From contig NC_043017.1 in NCBI RefSeq assembly GCF_006345805.1, positions 2,356,001 to 2,420,000 of the forward strand: DNA of 64,000 nucleotides, in the 5' to 3' direction. Each line of letters starts with the position of its first letter. The stretch's first letter is position 1. This document shows, one piece after another, positions 11,922 through 25,078 of this stretch. A program made the position numbers and the translations under genes. This DNA is from Octopus sinensis (lineage: Eukaryota). Under the pieces are notes generated by a model. That model was not told where the DNA came from. It ran no database searches and saw only the letters and a program-made list of their open reading frames with translations.

Positions 11922-12486
11922 TAAATAGTTGTTGATATACCTTGCTTTTTAGTTTTTCCTGTTTTATTATTGGACTTCGAACTAGTTTTTCGTATGAAAC
12001 CGATATAGTAGAAACCAGAAACCCAAGAATAATTGCTCTATTCGATTTATCTATCTAAATTCTTCAAAATGACGCCGCGGTGTGACAACAGTCCGACGAG
12101 GGAAACAATTAAAAGAAGCAAAAAGACGGTGCCTCTGTGCGTGAGCGTGAGCGTGAGTGTGAGTGTGCGTGCGTGAGAGTATTTCATATGAAGACACCTG
12201 TTCCCTCGAAGGTTGACTCGGTCGTAGAGAACTGAGTGACACGAACATAGAGTTGCATACAAACAGCTAACGACCCCGATTCTCTATCATATTAAATCAC
12301 GTGCTCCGTTCAGCGGTGTTCATTCTTCAGTTTCCGTATTTCAATCCAAAACTGTCTGGTATTATGAGTTAATAACTGCTCTTCATTTGAATATATCTAT
12401 ATACGTGTATACATATATATATATCTATATATATATCTGCATCTATGTATAGATTTCTCTTTCTCTTTCTCTCTCTCTCGTCTCTC

Positions 12487-12529
<43 letters not shown>

Positions 12530-12736
12530 TATATATATATGTATGTATATATATTATATATATATATATATCTGTATATGTATATGCATAAATATATATA
12601 TATATGTATATGCATATATATATGTATATGCATATATATATAAGTATATATATATATGTATATGCATATATATATAAGTATATATATATGTATATGAAGA
12701 TATATGTATATATATAAGTATATGTATATATATATG

Positions 12737-12772
<36 letters not shown>

Positions 12773-13800
12773 TGTATATATGTATATATGTATGTGTATA
12801 TATGTGTATATATGTATATATGTATGTGTATATATGTGTATATGTATGTATATATGTGTGTGTATATATGTGTATATGTATATATATATGTGTGTGAATA
12901 TGTACGTATATGCATATATATGTGTATGTATATTTGTACATATATGTATATATATGTATATATGTATATATGTGTGTATATGTGTATATATATATATATG
13001 GGCATGCATGTATACATATCTATATGTATGTGTACGGCTATGTATGTACACATATGTGTGTGTTCGCGTTTTTATGTATGCAGACATGCATGCCTACGTG
13101 TATCCACTTTTTCTCCGGCCATTACCGTCCATTAGCATTCATCTATTTCTCAATAAATAAGCCTCTCTACGGATTATAATCTCTCATCTCTTCTTATGAT
13201 ACATTAGTTTTGTTTATTTCTAGCCTCACTTATTTCTTCCTTGCAACGCATTTCTTACACATTCTACGAACACCTTGTCGCTTTGCTCTGTTGATCTTTC
13301 CTCTCTGTTCCTTGATTGTGTGACCATCTCCTCACGTCTCTTGTTCTATCTGTAGCAGAATCGCTTGTGGAATCGCTTCGTATTTTGAGGGTGATATGTT
13401 TGAAATATTTTCTTTTAGCTTTTGCCATTTATGCGTTTTGGTCATTGATCTGCAGCTATACCGAAGCACCGTCTTGAATGGATTACATCGATACCTGTGC
13501 GCATATAATTATTCTATCGATCTCTTTGCTGAACTTGTGATGTTAAGGGGACGTAAATAAAACAGCAGCAATTGTTAAGAGGTTATCTCTTTATTATAGG
13601 CACAAGGCCTAATTTATAGAAGGGGCATACAACGGACATGCGGGGACATAAAGATGGCTGAAAAATGGTAAATGAAATGAAGATAAATATGATGCGGATG
13701 GGACGGGCACCTCACCCCCGCTGCTAGATGAACCGTGAATACCTTTACAATATATTTTACAGCCAATTCTTAAGAAGTGGTGCAGTGACAAACGCCAAAA

Positions 13801-13838
<38 letters not shown>

Positions 13839-14119
13839 ACACACACACGATATCCCATATTAAGGTGAGACGGTCCTACAAAAATAAATATCATGCCGAA
13901 ACATATGTAGCAATGAGTTAATTAAATTATAAAATCTCCTCCGGTGAAGTATTTCTCCTAATTAGTGTATTCATTCTTCGCTACACAAGGAGCCGCATTA
14001 TATAACAATGCCATGCAGTTAATTCGGCATGCTGAGAATAATTTATTGCAGCGAGCAAGAAATAGCATAGGAGCTATTATGAGAGCACAGGTAGACATCT
14101 GTCATATACAAAGATATGT

Positions 14120-14290
14120 ATATATATAATTGCAGCGTGGAAGGTGTTTGTAAGCCATTTAAGAAACACACAAAAACCGTTCGATTCACTTCAACATTTA
14201 AGTTTAATTTGTCAAAATATTTTCGTCGCTAAAATCCGCGACCTGTTCACTGACAAAAATCCCTGCTGCATCTGAGAAAGTAACAGTTAG
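14120..14290 (-). mobile_element. Short TA-flanked Penelope-like element carrying a hammerhead variant
   Basis: Flanked by (TA)/(TATG) tracts; related fragment at 46075-46160. Confidence 0.65.
14211..14254 (-). ncRNA. Minimal type I hammerhead with a G3-C8 swapped core
   Basis: GUCA-GUGAACA-G-GUCGC(GGAUUUUA)GCGAC-GAAA-AUAUU-U^UGAC: perfect helices I and II, palindromic AAUAUU helix III. Confidence 0.7.
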
Positions 14291-14432
14291 TTCGTCATAT
14301 ATATGTACGTATGTATGTGTGTATGTATGCATACACACATGTATGCATGTATGTATGTATGTATGTATGTATGTACGTACGTACATACGCCTGTATATGT
14401 ATGTATGTATGTATGTATGTATACATGTATGT

Positions 14433-14567
14433 AAAGAAATAGGTATTTCGTCTGCCTTTACGTTCTGAGTTCAAATTCCGTCGGGTATCAGTTGCTTACT
14501 GTGGTCGATCTAATCGTCTGGCCCCTCCTAAAAAATTTCGGGCTTTGTGCCAAGATAGGAAAAGAAT
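14433..14567 (+). mobile_element. SINE family A fragment that begins at the multimer junction
   Basis: aagaaataggtatttcgtctgcc...gagttcaaattccg...aaaatttcgggctttgtgcc. Confidence 0.82.
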
Positions 14568-15302
14568 ATACCTTCGGTAAATCAGTTGCAATTTGTAACA
14601 GGTGCTATAAGTAAAATAATTACAAAATGTATGCAATTATAACTTCTACTTTCAACCAATGGATATATTTTTTCATTTACTTAGCGATTCGTACAGCATT
14701 AATCACTTCAGTTAATTTTGCGAAACATATGCTTTGCTGATGAGGTCACAATAAGGCTAGAAGATGTCGCGAGAAGCCTGCTGTATTTAACAAAATAATA
14801 TAAATGATTTTATATCAGTGACTATAATTATCTTTTCGCCTCCACACAATTCTTCTATGCATTATATATATATATATGTAAATATTTATGCGTCTACCTA
14901 GCTGCCTTTCTGGTGGTCGCTTGTCTGTCTCTCTGCTTATCTGTGTATTTTACGGCATGGACATTTCTAGTTAGGCACACTGTATTAAATGTCAGATGTA
15001 ATTCATTGTTCAGTACACATGTCTATCTTTCTCCCGCCCCCCCCATTCATCTGTCTGTCTTTATCTATTTATCAATGTCTTTATCAATCTCTCATTCTCT
15101 CACTTTCTCTCTCTATGTATATATGTTTTTTTTTGTGTGTGTGTGTGTGTGAGTGTCTATGCAGATTTGAATTTATGTTTATTTTTATGTCGTGTTAGAA
15201 TAAAGAGAGTTTGGGATTAAACTGAAGGATTACTCAAAAGTACAAATATATTAGACTTTTACCAAAAGATTACTCAGTACATCTCTTTCTGAAAAAATAT
15301 AT

Positions 15303-15625
15303 ATGACACGTGGTTTAGTAGTCAGGGTATTCGTCTCGCGATCGCTGGATAGCGAGTTCAATTCCAGGCGACGCATTGAGACCTTGAGCAAGACACTTTA
15401 TTTCACGTTCTTTCAGTTCACTCAACTGATAAAAATGAGTAGTACCTGTGTTTCAAAGGGCCAGCCTGGTCACACTCTGTGTCACGCTGAATCTATCTGA
15501 GAACTATGTGAAGTATGTACGCCTATCTGTGGAGTTCTCAGCCACTTGCACGTTAATCACACGCGCAAGCTGTTCCGTTGATTGGATCGAGTGGAACGCT
15601 CGTCGTCGTAAGTGTTGGAGTGCCA
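15303..15625 (+). mobile_element. SINE family C variant with a CORE-like central segment
   Basis: tRNA-like head, then ttgagcaagacactttatttcac, then the family C 3' part cacactctgtgtcacgctgaat...gctgttccgttgat. Confidence 0.82.
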
Positions 15626-15926
15626 GTCACTTCTTTCCTAAAGATAAGACACGATTTTATCTGTCTCTTCTCAAAGCTCGTTTTTCCTGCGTTCACCACT
15701 TCACATCGTCTTGGCTTAACAGCCCCCACCATTTGTTTTTACTGTTTTGTTCTCACTGTCCTGTGAGAACAAATTTTTCCATTTGCCGACTTGAATTAGG
15801 TGAGTCAATAGTGTTTGCTTCCTAACACCAAACAACAACGATGATTCACGGCCACTTTCAGATGAATCTGACTCGACATTGGCTTCCAGTTCGTCATTAT
15901 CCACCTTTGTTTCTGGTCGACCAGAA

Positions 15927-15983
<57 letters not shown>

Positions 15984-15989
15984 TATATA

Positions 15990-16184
15990 AGTCAAAACGC
16001 CATGACAGATCGTTAGCTACTACACGCATTTTTTTCTCTCCTTGTTTCTTTTCTGTGTATCTTTCTGTCGAAGAGCGTAGGCTCGAAACGTAAAAGACTT
16101 TTTCTATTCTGAGCGCTATACTAATACATTTGTTTGTTTGTACTCCACCTGCCTTCGTCTTTTGTTTACTTTCGTAAACTTTCC

Positions 16185-16190
<6 letters not shown>
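15990..16190 (+). mobile_element. ~200-bp TA-flanked Penelope-like element (family P1) with an A6U hammerhead fold at 16060-16097
   Basis: TCTTT-CTGTCGA-A-GAGC(gtag)GCTC-GAAA-CG-TA^AAAGA; (TA)n on both sides. Confidence 0.78.
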
Positions 16191-16258
<68 letters not shown>

Positions 16259-17528
16259 GTGTGTGTGTGCAACGGGCTTCTTTCAGTTTCCGCTTACTAA
16301 ATTCATCCAAAAGGCTTTAACAGCCTAGAGGTCATAGGTGAAGACTCTAGCCTAATTTGCCACGAAGTAGGACTGAATCTGGAACCATAACATTTTAAAT
16401 TAATTTGTGAATATATGAATGTTAGATGATTGCTTAATGTGTAGCAGCTGGTTATTGATTAGCTTTTGTAAATAATTAGTCCGATGACTGTATATTATGT
16501 TAACGAGGTCTTGTTCACATTCTCAATTTCCCATCTCTTTGGTCTTTTCTGTGATTTATTTTCAAACTTGTCAGACAAATGGTTAGTAAAGAAGAATATT
16601 TCTTAAAAAATCTTGCTTTGCTGACAGTGCACCTCGTGTACAGTTTCATAGAATATGTCTAATGATCCTCAAGGAAAAGAAGTTGGCACGTCTCGCTCCA
16701 CTTCGAATGTTCTTGAACAGAGTAACAACAGAAATTAATAAAATAACAGCAGGGATTCGTTCACATCTAGGAATGAATATCAGTAAAGGGTATTAATGCA
16801 TTTAGTATTAATACCCTTTCATTGGAGATATCACATAATCCTCACGGAAAAAAGAATAGGGCTTGATTCGCTCCACTTCGGGTGTTCTTTAACAGTGCAA
16901 CAACAGAAATTAATGAGATAGCATCAGGTATTCGTTCAGATTTAGAAATGCGTATCAGTAAATGATATCAATACTTCTAGAGTTTATATATTGTTCTTAA
17001 TTCGAGGATATATTCCATAATGCTTTGATGCGTCTTACATTTGGGGACGTCAGGGCTCGCTGAAAGTTAATGGTGCATCTAAAATAGTGAACAGGATCAT
17101 TAATGGTTCCTGACTCTCGTTGCTTATTAGTGGTGCGGTTGTTATCTTCATTGCTTTCTACTGGAGATCAAGGGTGAATGGTTAATATGCATTGTCTACG
17201 AAACAATATTCAACGTTTCAGAGAATCTGCATAATGGCACACACGTAATGAATCCAAATAGCAACGGAGGTAAATCGTGGACTTCAGAAAAACGCGAAAT
17301 GTATTGAGGTGGCCGTTTTTCCTCATTGCATCTCTTGGAATCAACCCACACACAATTTGCGTAAATTTGCTTCTGTATTCAAGACAAGCACATATATGTG
17401 TTTGTGTGGTGTGGGGGCGCAACCCCCAAAACACAACCCCCATTACACATATATATATACATGCACATATGCATATGATCATATTTATGTGTGTGTGTAT
17501 GAATGATTGTATGTATGTCTGTATGTAC

Positions 17529-17565
<37 letters not shown>

Positions 17566-17639
17566 CATATGCATATATATGTCTGTCTGTACATTATATA
17601 TAATATATATACATATATATATATAATATATATAATATA

Positions 17640-17850
17640 TATACGGGAAGCTTTATGAAAATAAACAAAAGACGAAGGCAGTGTGAAAACAAACGAACAA
17701 TTGTATTAGTATGGCGCTCAGGAATATAAATAAAACAAGTCTTTAACGTTTCGAGCCTACGCTCTTCAACAGAAAGATACACAGAGAGAGAAAAACACAG
17801 AAAGAAGGAGAGAAAAAAAATGCGTGCAGTAGCTAACGAATCAATATATA
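17640..17850 (-). mobile_element. Family P1 copy; hammerhead fold at 17740-17777
   Basis: Minus strand tcttt CTGTTGA a gagcgtaggctc GAAA cg TT aaaga; TA tracts on both sides. Confidence 0.78.
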
Positions 17851-17872
17851 TAGACATACATTGAATTATGGC

Positions 17873-17922
<50 letters not shown>

Positions 17923-17962
17923 GAGAGATAGATAGATAGATAGATATATGTAGGTAAGAAGG

Positions 17963-18001
<39 letters not shown>

Positions 18002-18409
18002 ATGCATGTATGTATGTATGTATGTATGTTTGTTTGTATGTATGTATGCGTGTATGTATGTATGTATGTATGTATGTATGTATGTATGTATGTATGTATG
18101 TGTGCGTGTATGTATGTATAAGAGGTCAAATACACTTCTCTGTCCAACCTGAGCCACAGAAAAGTTGGCAATTGTTTCAGGTGCATTCGACGACAAGCGC
18201 AAAGCTGGTGTAGATGTCTTCTCTATAGTTCTTGACTTATTAATATTTAACTATACTATACGTAAACATAATGGAATGTATGAATAGTTTATGACTGCAG
18301 GAATTAGCATCTAATTCCGTTAATGGAACTTGGAAATCTGTATTGGTTTTCAACGGTTTCCAAAAGCGCTTCTTGTACAGACATTATAACATCACTAGGT
18401 TCAGAGCAC

Positions 18410-18453
<44 letters not shown>

Positions 18454-18572
18454 TATATTTGTATATGTATACATATATCTATATTTATCCATCTATCAAT
18501 CTAAATATATATATATATATATTTATATATACATATATATATATTTATTTATATTTATTTATATATATATAC

Positions 18573-18603
<31 letters not shown>

Positions 18604-18757
18604 CACACATATATATATACATGTCTATATATATATATACATACATAATATATATATATATATTTACCTATATGTATAGATTCAGATGAATATGTTACTT
18701 AAGTTGAGGCACCAGAATTTAGTACGGTATTATCCATACAATTTCAATATATGTGTG

Positions 18758-18829
<72 letters not shown>

Positions 18830-19139
18830 TTTAGTATCGACTGTCGGCGGAAGAAAGAGTAGTTGATATCATAGTAGAGATTAATATTTTCATCTTGATC
18901 GAGTCACACGATTGCTACTCTGAGTTTCAAGCACAGAATCTTCACACATGGACACATACATATATGCACACAGGCACACACACATGCACACACACATACA
19001 CACACACACGTGTATGTTATAGGATTCCATGGATGCTTTGGTGACTGTTAGGTAATGGATCGACTATTTTTGATAATAAATCTTTACTTGAGAAACGTAA
19101 CAGTACTTCCTTGTTCTAAATTGTTTTAACATTACACAC

Positions 19140-19169
<30 letters not shown>

Positions 19170-19170
<1 letters not shown>

Positions 19171-19499
19171 TGAGGAGACCCCTTCGGCCATTACTGACCA
19201 TGGGATTGCACCTAGAAAGTTACCCTCCTAGTCACAATCCCGGACAAGGTTGTTTATGGAATGCCAGCAGTCACCCATGCATACCGTCCTCCCCTCTCCA
19301 CGCCACCATTGTTATCCAAGGGAAAGGCAAAGGGGCCGATACAGCTTGGCACCTTTGACGTCGTAACTCATTTCTACAGCTGAGTGAACTGGAGCAATGT
19401 GAAATAAAGTGTCTTGCTCAAGAACACAACACGCAGCCCGGTCTGGGATTTGAGCTCACAACCTCATGATAGTAAGCTCGACGCCCTAACCACTGAGCC

Positions 19500-19500
<1 letters not shown>
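19170..19500 (-). mobile_element. tRNA-headed CORE-like SINE with an RTE-like 3' tail
   Basis: tggctcagtggttagggcgtcg...tcaaatcccagaccggg; ttgagcaagacactttatttcacattgctccagttcactcagctgtagaaatgag; the tail ggagggtaactttctaggtgcaatcccatggtca also occurs at ~49340 and ~51600. Confidence 0.82.
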
Positions 19501-19578
<78 letters not shown>

Positions 19579-19679
19579 TGTGTAGATAGATAGATAGAAA
19601 CATTCGCATACGCACGCACACACGCACATATATGTATGGATGGATGTATGGAGGTGTGTATGTATAATCTTTTTAACAG

Positions 19680-20064
19680 AAGGCACAAGGCCTTGAAATT
19701 CGGGGCAGGGATCTGGTCGATTAAGTCGACCCCAGTGTTTCAACGGTACTTAATTTATCGACCCCGAAACGATAAAAGTCAATGTCGACATCGACGGAAT
19801 TTGAACTCAGAACGTAGCGGCAGACGAAATACCTATTTCTTTTCAACCCACAAGGGGCTAAACACAGAGAGGAGAAACAAGGACAGACAAACGGATTAAG
19901 TCGATTATATCGACCTCAGTGTGTAATTAGTACTTATTTAATCGACCCCGAAAGGATGATAGGCAAAATTGACCTCGGCGGAATATGAACTCAGAACGTG
20001 ATGACGGGCGAAATACCGCTAAGCATTTCATCCAGCGTGCTAACGATTCTGCCAGCTCGCCACC
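19680..20064 (-). mobile_element. SINE family A dimer
   Basis: Intact head at 20064; junction gaaataggtatttcgtctgcc at ~19810-19830; the second unit ends in the alternative aaatttcaaggccttgtgcc tail. Confidence 0.9.
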
Positions 20065-20752
20065 TTAGGTATGTATGTATAATGAGGAAAACGTGCGTAT
20101 ATGACAAGAATTTGTTTGTAAGTCTCTTTTAGGAAAATAACAAAAAATACGCGCCGCCATTTTCTTTTTTTATTTTTCGTTCGTTCAAGCTTATCATTAA
20201 TAATACCAATAACTTCCCTACTATAGCTTTCTGTCATTTCTATAGCAACTAACAGTACTACCAACTGCCACAGCTACTATGACCACCACCCCAAAAAAAA
20301 TTCACCACTGCCATATTGAATCTACAACCGTCGTCACCACGCCTCCGCTAACAACAACCACCGAGGATGCTGTTACTGTTAATCGTGCTGATGATGTTGT
20401 TGTTAATACGATTGGATGTATGTGGGGTACAAAGGAAAGGGAGGGTGTGAGAGTTGTTGCGGCTGATTGAGTGAGATAAGCCTTGTCATGGACGATATAT
20501 TAATAATGAACGTGTTATAATGGGAGTTTAAATTTCGCGGTGAAATTACTGCGGCGATCATTTCTTTAAAAGAAATTGCGACAAAAAATGGAAGGTAAGA
20601 AGGAAGGAAGGAAGGAAAGAAGGAAGAAGACTGTGTTGAACTTCGTGTGAAAGAAACAGATACAAGCTGATGATTAACGAGAAGGTCAAAGATACTTTAT
20701 GATATAAGAAATGTATTAGTAAAACAGAATAAGTTCTATTAAAATAAGTATA

Positions 20753-21135
20753 GGCGTAGGAGTGGCTGTGTGATAAGTAGCTTGCTTACGAACCACATGG
20801 TTCCGGGTTCAGTCCCACTGCGTGGTACTTTGGGCAAGTGTCTTCTGCTGTAGCCTCGGACCGACCAAAGCCTTGTGAGTGGATTTGGTAGACGGAAACT
20901 GAAAGAAGCCCGTCGTATATATGTATGTATGTATATATATATGTGTTGTGTGTGTGTGTGTATGTGTATATACGACGGGCTTCTTTCAGTTTCCGTCTAC
21001 CAAATCCACTCAGAAGGCTTTGGTCGGCCCGAGACTATAGTAGAAGAAACCTGCCCGAGATGCCACGCAGTGGGACAGAACACGGAACCATGTGGTTGGT
21101 AAGCAAGCTACTTACCACACAGCCACACCTGCGCC
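20753..21135. mobile_element. Two SINE B 5' halves in inverted orientation (20753-20918 +, 20968-21135 -) around a microsatellite
   Basis: Reverse-complementary arms of ~165 bp. Confidence 0.9.
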
Positions 21136-21148
21136 AAAAGTATGTGAC

Positions 21149-21252
21149 GCTTACAGCACGTAGGTTTCCCCAGCGGTCACCCATCTAAGTACTAACTAGG
21201 CTCGACGTGATCGGAAGAGAACCGGTGCTTTCAACGTGATGTGACCGTTCTA
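21149..21252 (-). pseudogene. 5S rRNA pseudogene with a 14-nt deletion removing box A
   Basis: Minus strand acggtcacatcacgttgaaagcaccggttctcttccgatcac[cgaagttaagcaac absent]gtcgagcctagttagtacttagatgggtgaccgctggggaaacctacgtgctgtaagc matches the metazoan 5S consensus. Confidence 0.9.
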
Positions 21253-21254
21253 CA

Positions 21255-21345
21255 CGATTCTTGTACATGTCCAAAAGCTTCCTGCATGTCTCCTGTGGGA
21301 TGTTCGCATACTCTTCCTTGAAGGGTTTTAGACAAATGAATCACC
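21255..21345 (-). mobile_element. Possible Tc1 transposase C-terminal remnant
   Basis: Minus frame LKPFKEEYANIPQETCRKLLDMYKNRVE resembles the Tc1 C-terminal ...EEW.KIPQE.C.KL..SM.KRL motif. Confidence 0.4.
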
Positions 21346-21519
21346 CCTTTACGCAATTTTGTGTGCCTGATACTTATTGTATCAGCGCCATTTAGCGAAC
21401 CGCTAGGTTCAGGGAACTTAATAGAGCAAACCTGGCAGTCAAGGGGTCGTGGAAAATAAACAGAAAGACACCCAACCACAAAATCAAACTGCGCCCCCCA
21501 ATACACGCTCGCATATATT

Positions 21520-21972
21520 ATTGTGAGGGCGTATGGCTTAGTGTTGCACTCACAATCCAGCGATCGTGATTTCAATTCCCAGACCGGGCGTGGCATTCTG
21601 TTCTTGAGCAGAGCACTTCATCTCACGTTGCTATGCGATCACTTCCGCAGCCGATGCGTGGTACACCGTGTACCTGTTCAGGTAACGACGCCTTAAATCT
21701 GAGAGTCAATTATATATATATATATATATGTGTGTATCAGTGTGTATGTGTGTGTGTGTGTTTGTGTGTCTGTGTTTGTGCCACGAACATCGCTTGACAA
21801 CCGATGCTGGTGTGTTTACGTCCCCGTAACTTAGCGGTTTGGCAAAAGGCACCAATAGAATAAATGCTAGGCTTACAAAAAATAAGTCCTGGGGTCGATT
21901 TTCTCGACTAAAGGCGGTGCTCCAGTATGGCCGCAGTCAAATGAGTGAAACACGTAAAAGAGTAAAAGAGAG
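21520..21972 (+). mobile_element. Degenerate SINE C-type head (21520-21690) and SINE B 3' half (21770-21972)
   Basis: gtatggcttagtg...gatttcaattcccagaccgggcg; family B body and tail. Confidence 0.8.
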
Positions 21973-22008
21973 TAAAGTGTATATATATGTGCGTGTGTGT
22001 GCACGCGC

Positions 22009-22050
<42 letters not shown>

Positions 22051-23624
22051 GGGGGTATGTATATATACACATGTACACAAATAAAGACGCACATGTACAC
22101 GCACACACACATGCAGATATACACACACGCACTCACACACAAACACACACACGCACTCACACATATACTCTGTGGCCGTGAGAAACGTCTGAGTGCGGCC
22201 TTCACAGACGATTAGATTTCCACTCGGTAATCTGATATTGATTGAAAGCAAAGTGCAATTTAGCACAAATCATATAACAGAGTGTAATTGAAATTACTGG
22301 ATGTTACTTTTCGTCAGGGCAAAGTTGTGCAGTTAGATTGTAGAGTAAGAGACCTGGTTTTAAGCGGCGCTATATACTCACAGAGAGAACCTTTACACAG
22401 ATACACACAGGCACGAACACACGCATTCACACACACGAGGGCCAAACTAGAAGAGGTTCATATATGCTCGCTTCGCATGTACTAAATAGCAAGTAATTAG
22501 CAACAGCAAATAATTAGCAACAACGTCAGAAGAAATAAGGTAGAATTGCATATTTTCGTACTTTTGTCTTAAGGCTAGCATATAAACTATAAAGGATAAT
22601 ATTTATGTTTCAATATATTTAATGGTATCAACCATTTTGTGGTTTTAGCTAATTCTGCTGACTCTGCTAATTAGTCTAAAGCAACAATGGACGGGCCCAG
22701 TCTTTAGAATGTCGGATTCAATATCTTACACTCTTTGCTGTAATACTCTTCTCTCTGATTCCAAACACAGCGTTTTAATTAAAATTTCAATTAAGTGCAC
22801 GGGCTAATATACATAATATAGATTTATTACAGTTTTAATAATTATATTGAATCTACTTGTAATAACACGGAGAAAAAATTAATTTGCGTTAATTGTGGTT
22901 GAATTTCAAAAGGTTGGGTCAAGGGCAGTTACTAAGAAAGGTAAAAATATTTATTTTACGATTAACTTACATAAGAATACACCAGGGATACAAATGCAAT
23001 TAAAAAATTTTTTTCAAGATTAGACATTAATTGCTGGCAGCGACACCGTATTTCGTTGTGCAACCGTAATGTGCTACCAAGTATATTCAGCGTCGTACAT
23101 TACGGTTGCAAAACTAAATACTGTATCCCCATTAATATGTATGCACCAGTTGCCAGGAATGTGTTTAATATGTAAATTCGTCTACCCAATAGTGTTACAC
23201 TGCTAAACTTTATGAGTATTTGATCAATATATCCGTGGATAGTTAATAGGTTCGATGTGGCAGCGAAGAAGGAACAAATATGCTTATATACCAATTATCC
23301 ATTTTTCTGCCTTCGATCGCATTGCTTACGTTGACGTGTGCGTATACGAAACGTCATAACTTTCAATGCCGGCTCTAATTTCTATAGAAAATCTACAGAG
23401 ATAACTTTCAGATTAGATTCCTAATATATTAGCAAGTCGACTTAGGCGGAATTTGAACCCATAACGTGAAGACGGACGAAATGTTGCTAAGCATTTTGCC
23501 GGTGTGCGAACCAATCTGCCAGCTCCTTGCCTTATGTGAAACTGCGAGACTATACCTTTTCAATATTAGTTATGATAAACAGGTTTTTGTGTGTGTGTGT
23601 TATTTTCTTTTTACAGATTATATA

Positions 23625-24037
23625 GGCGCAGGAGTGGCTGTGTGGTAAGTAGCTTGCTTACGAACCACAGGGTTCCGTGTTCAGTCCCACTGTGTGGCAA
23701 CATGGGCAAGTGTTGTCTACTATAGCCTCGGGCCCACCAAAGCTTTGTGGGGGGATTTGGTAGACGGAAACTGAAAGAAGCCCGTCATATATATGTGTAT
23801 ATATATATGTGGGGGGGATGTTCTCTGTGTCTGTGTCTGTCTCGCCCCCCCCCACCATCGCTTGACAACCGATGCTGGTGTGCTTGCGTCTCAGTAACGT
23901 AGCGGTCCGTCAAAAAGAGACCGATAGAATAAGTACTAGGCTTACAAAGAATAAGTCCTGGGGTCGATTTGCTCGACTAAAGGCGGTGCTCCAGCATGGC
24001 CGTAGTCAGATGACTGAAACAAGTAAGTAAAAAAGAG
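23625..24037 (+). mobile_element. Full-length SINE family B
   Basis: Head, central segment, internal microsatellite and CR1-like tail are all present. Confidence 0.92.
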
Positions 24038-24129
24038 TATACAAATATAATGAGTACAACTAAAGCGAGCAAATTCAAAAGGAATGCACCACTTGATATT
24101 TTAGCCGATATATATAAAAATATTGTCGT

Positions 24130-24439
24130 GGCACTCCGTCGGTTACGACGACGAAGGTTCCAGTTGATCCGATCAACGGAACAGCCTGCTTGTGAAATTA
24201 ACGTGCAAGTGGCTGAGCACTCCACAGACACGTGTACCCTTAACGCAGTTCTCGGTGTGATTCAGTGTGACACAGTTTGAAAACGCTGGCCTTTTGAAAT
24301 ACAGGTAGAACGGAAACAGAAGGAAAGAGTGAGAGAAAGTAGTGGTGAAAGAGCACAGCAAGGTTTGCCACCGCCCTCTGCGGGAGACTCGTGGGATTTT
24401 AGACGTTTTAGGCTCAATGAATACACACAATGCCCGGTT
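24130..24439 (-). mobile_element. SINE family C, 5'-truncated
   Basis: Aligns with 11536-11850. Confidence 0.88.
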
Positions 24440-24454
24440 TTATTATTGTTATTA

Positions 24455-24488
<34 letters not shown>

Positions 24489-24489
<1 letters not shown>

Positions 24490-25040
24490 GAGTGAGAGAG
24501 CAGTGCATGCCCATCAAAGTGACCCTGGGGTAAAATATACGAAGCCCAGTATACCCATCATGACTACCCGTCTAATAAGGGTACACCAGGCACATGCAAC
24601 ACAACCATATGTGCGCGACATGGTGATTCTCATACCAAGATAAACAGCGCATGACCTTGCAGGTAGGGCCCAGTTAGAATTTTCTTCAGGTCGAGTAACC
24701 CATCCCGCTCAAAGGGTCCCTGAATAGGGATTGTTTAATGATGTTGAACGAACCACCCATGTTTCCAAAGGTGAATTATCCAAACCTGCAAGAATCCCTC
24801 TCAACACATGGCTATGATGCTCCCCCACTACTTCTGCTCGTGATCAGAGATGTACATATCGTCAGCCACTGAGGGACATGCTCAACTGGTTAAGGTCAAA
24901 CAACTGACAAGCAAATCTGTGGTATTGAGCAGAATATTTGCTGTAGCCCATCTTTTATACCAAAAACAAACAACAATGTACATGATAACACTTCCAATCA
25001 GTTAAGATCAGAAGCGATGAGAGCCACTGTCTGGCACTGC
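24489..25040 (-). mobile_element. 3' UTR of an R4/Dong-like non-LTR element, flanked by (TAA)n on both sides
   Basis: Closely similar to 29823-30358; (TTA)n at ~24440-24488 and 25041-25097. Confidence 0.8.

Positions 25041-25078
<38 letters not shown>

Noticed and set aside
22464-22486. tgctcgcttcgcatgtactaaa resembling the 5' end of U6 snRNA
   Set aside because: Only ~11 contiguous matching bases; the rest of U6 is absent
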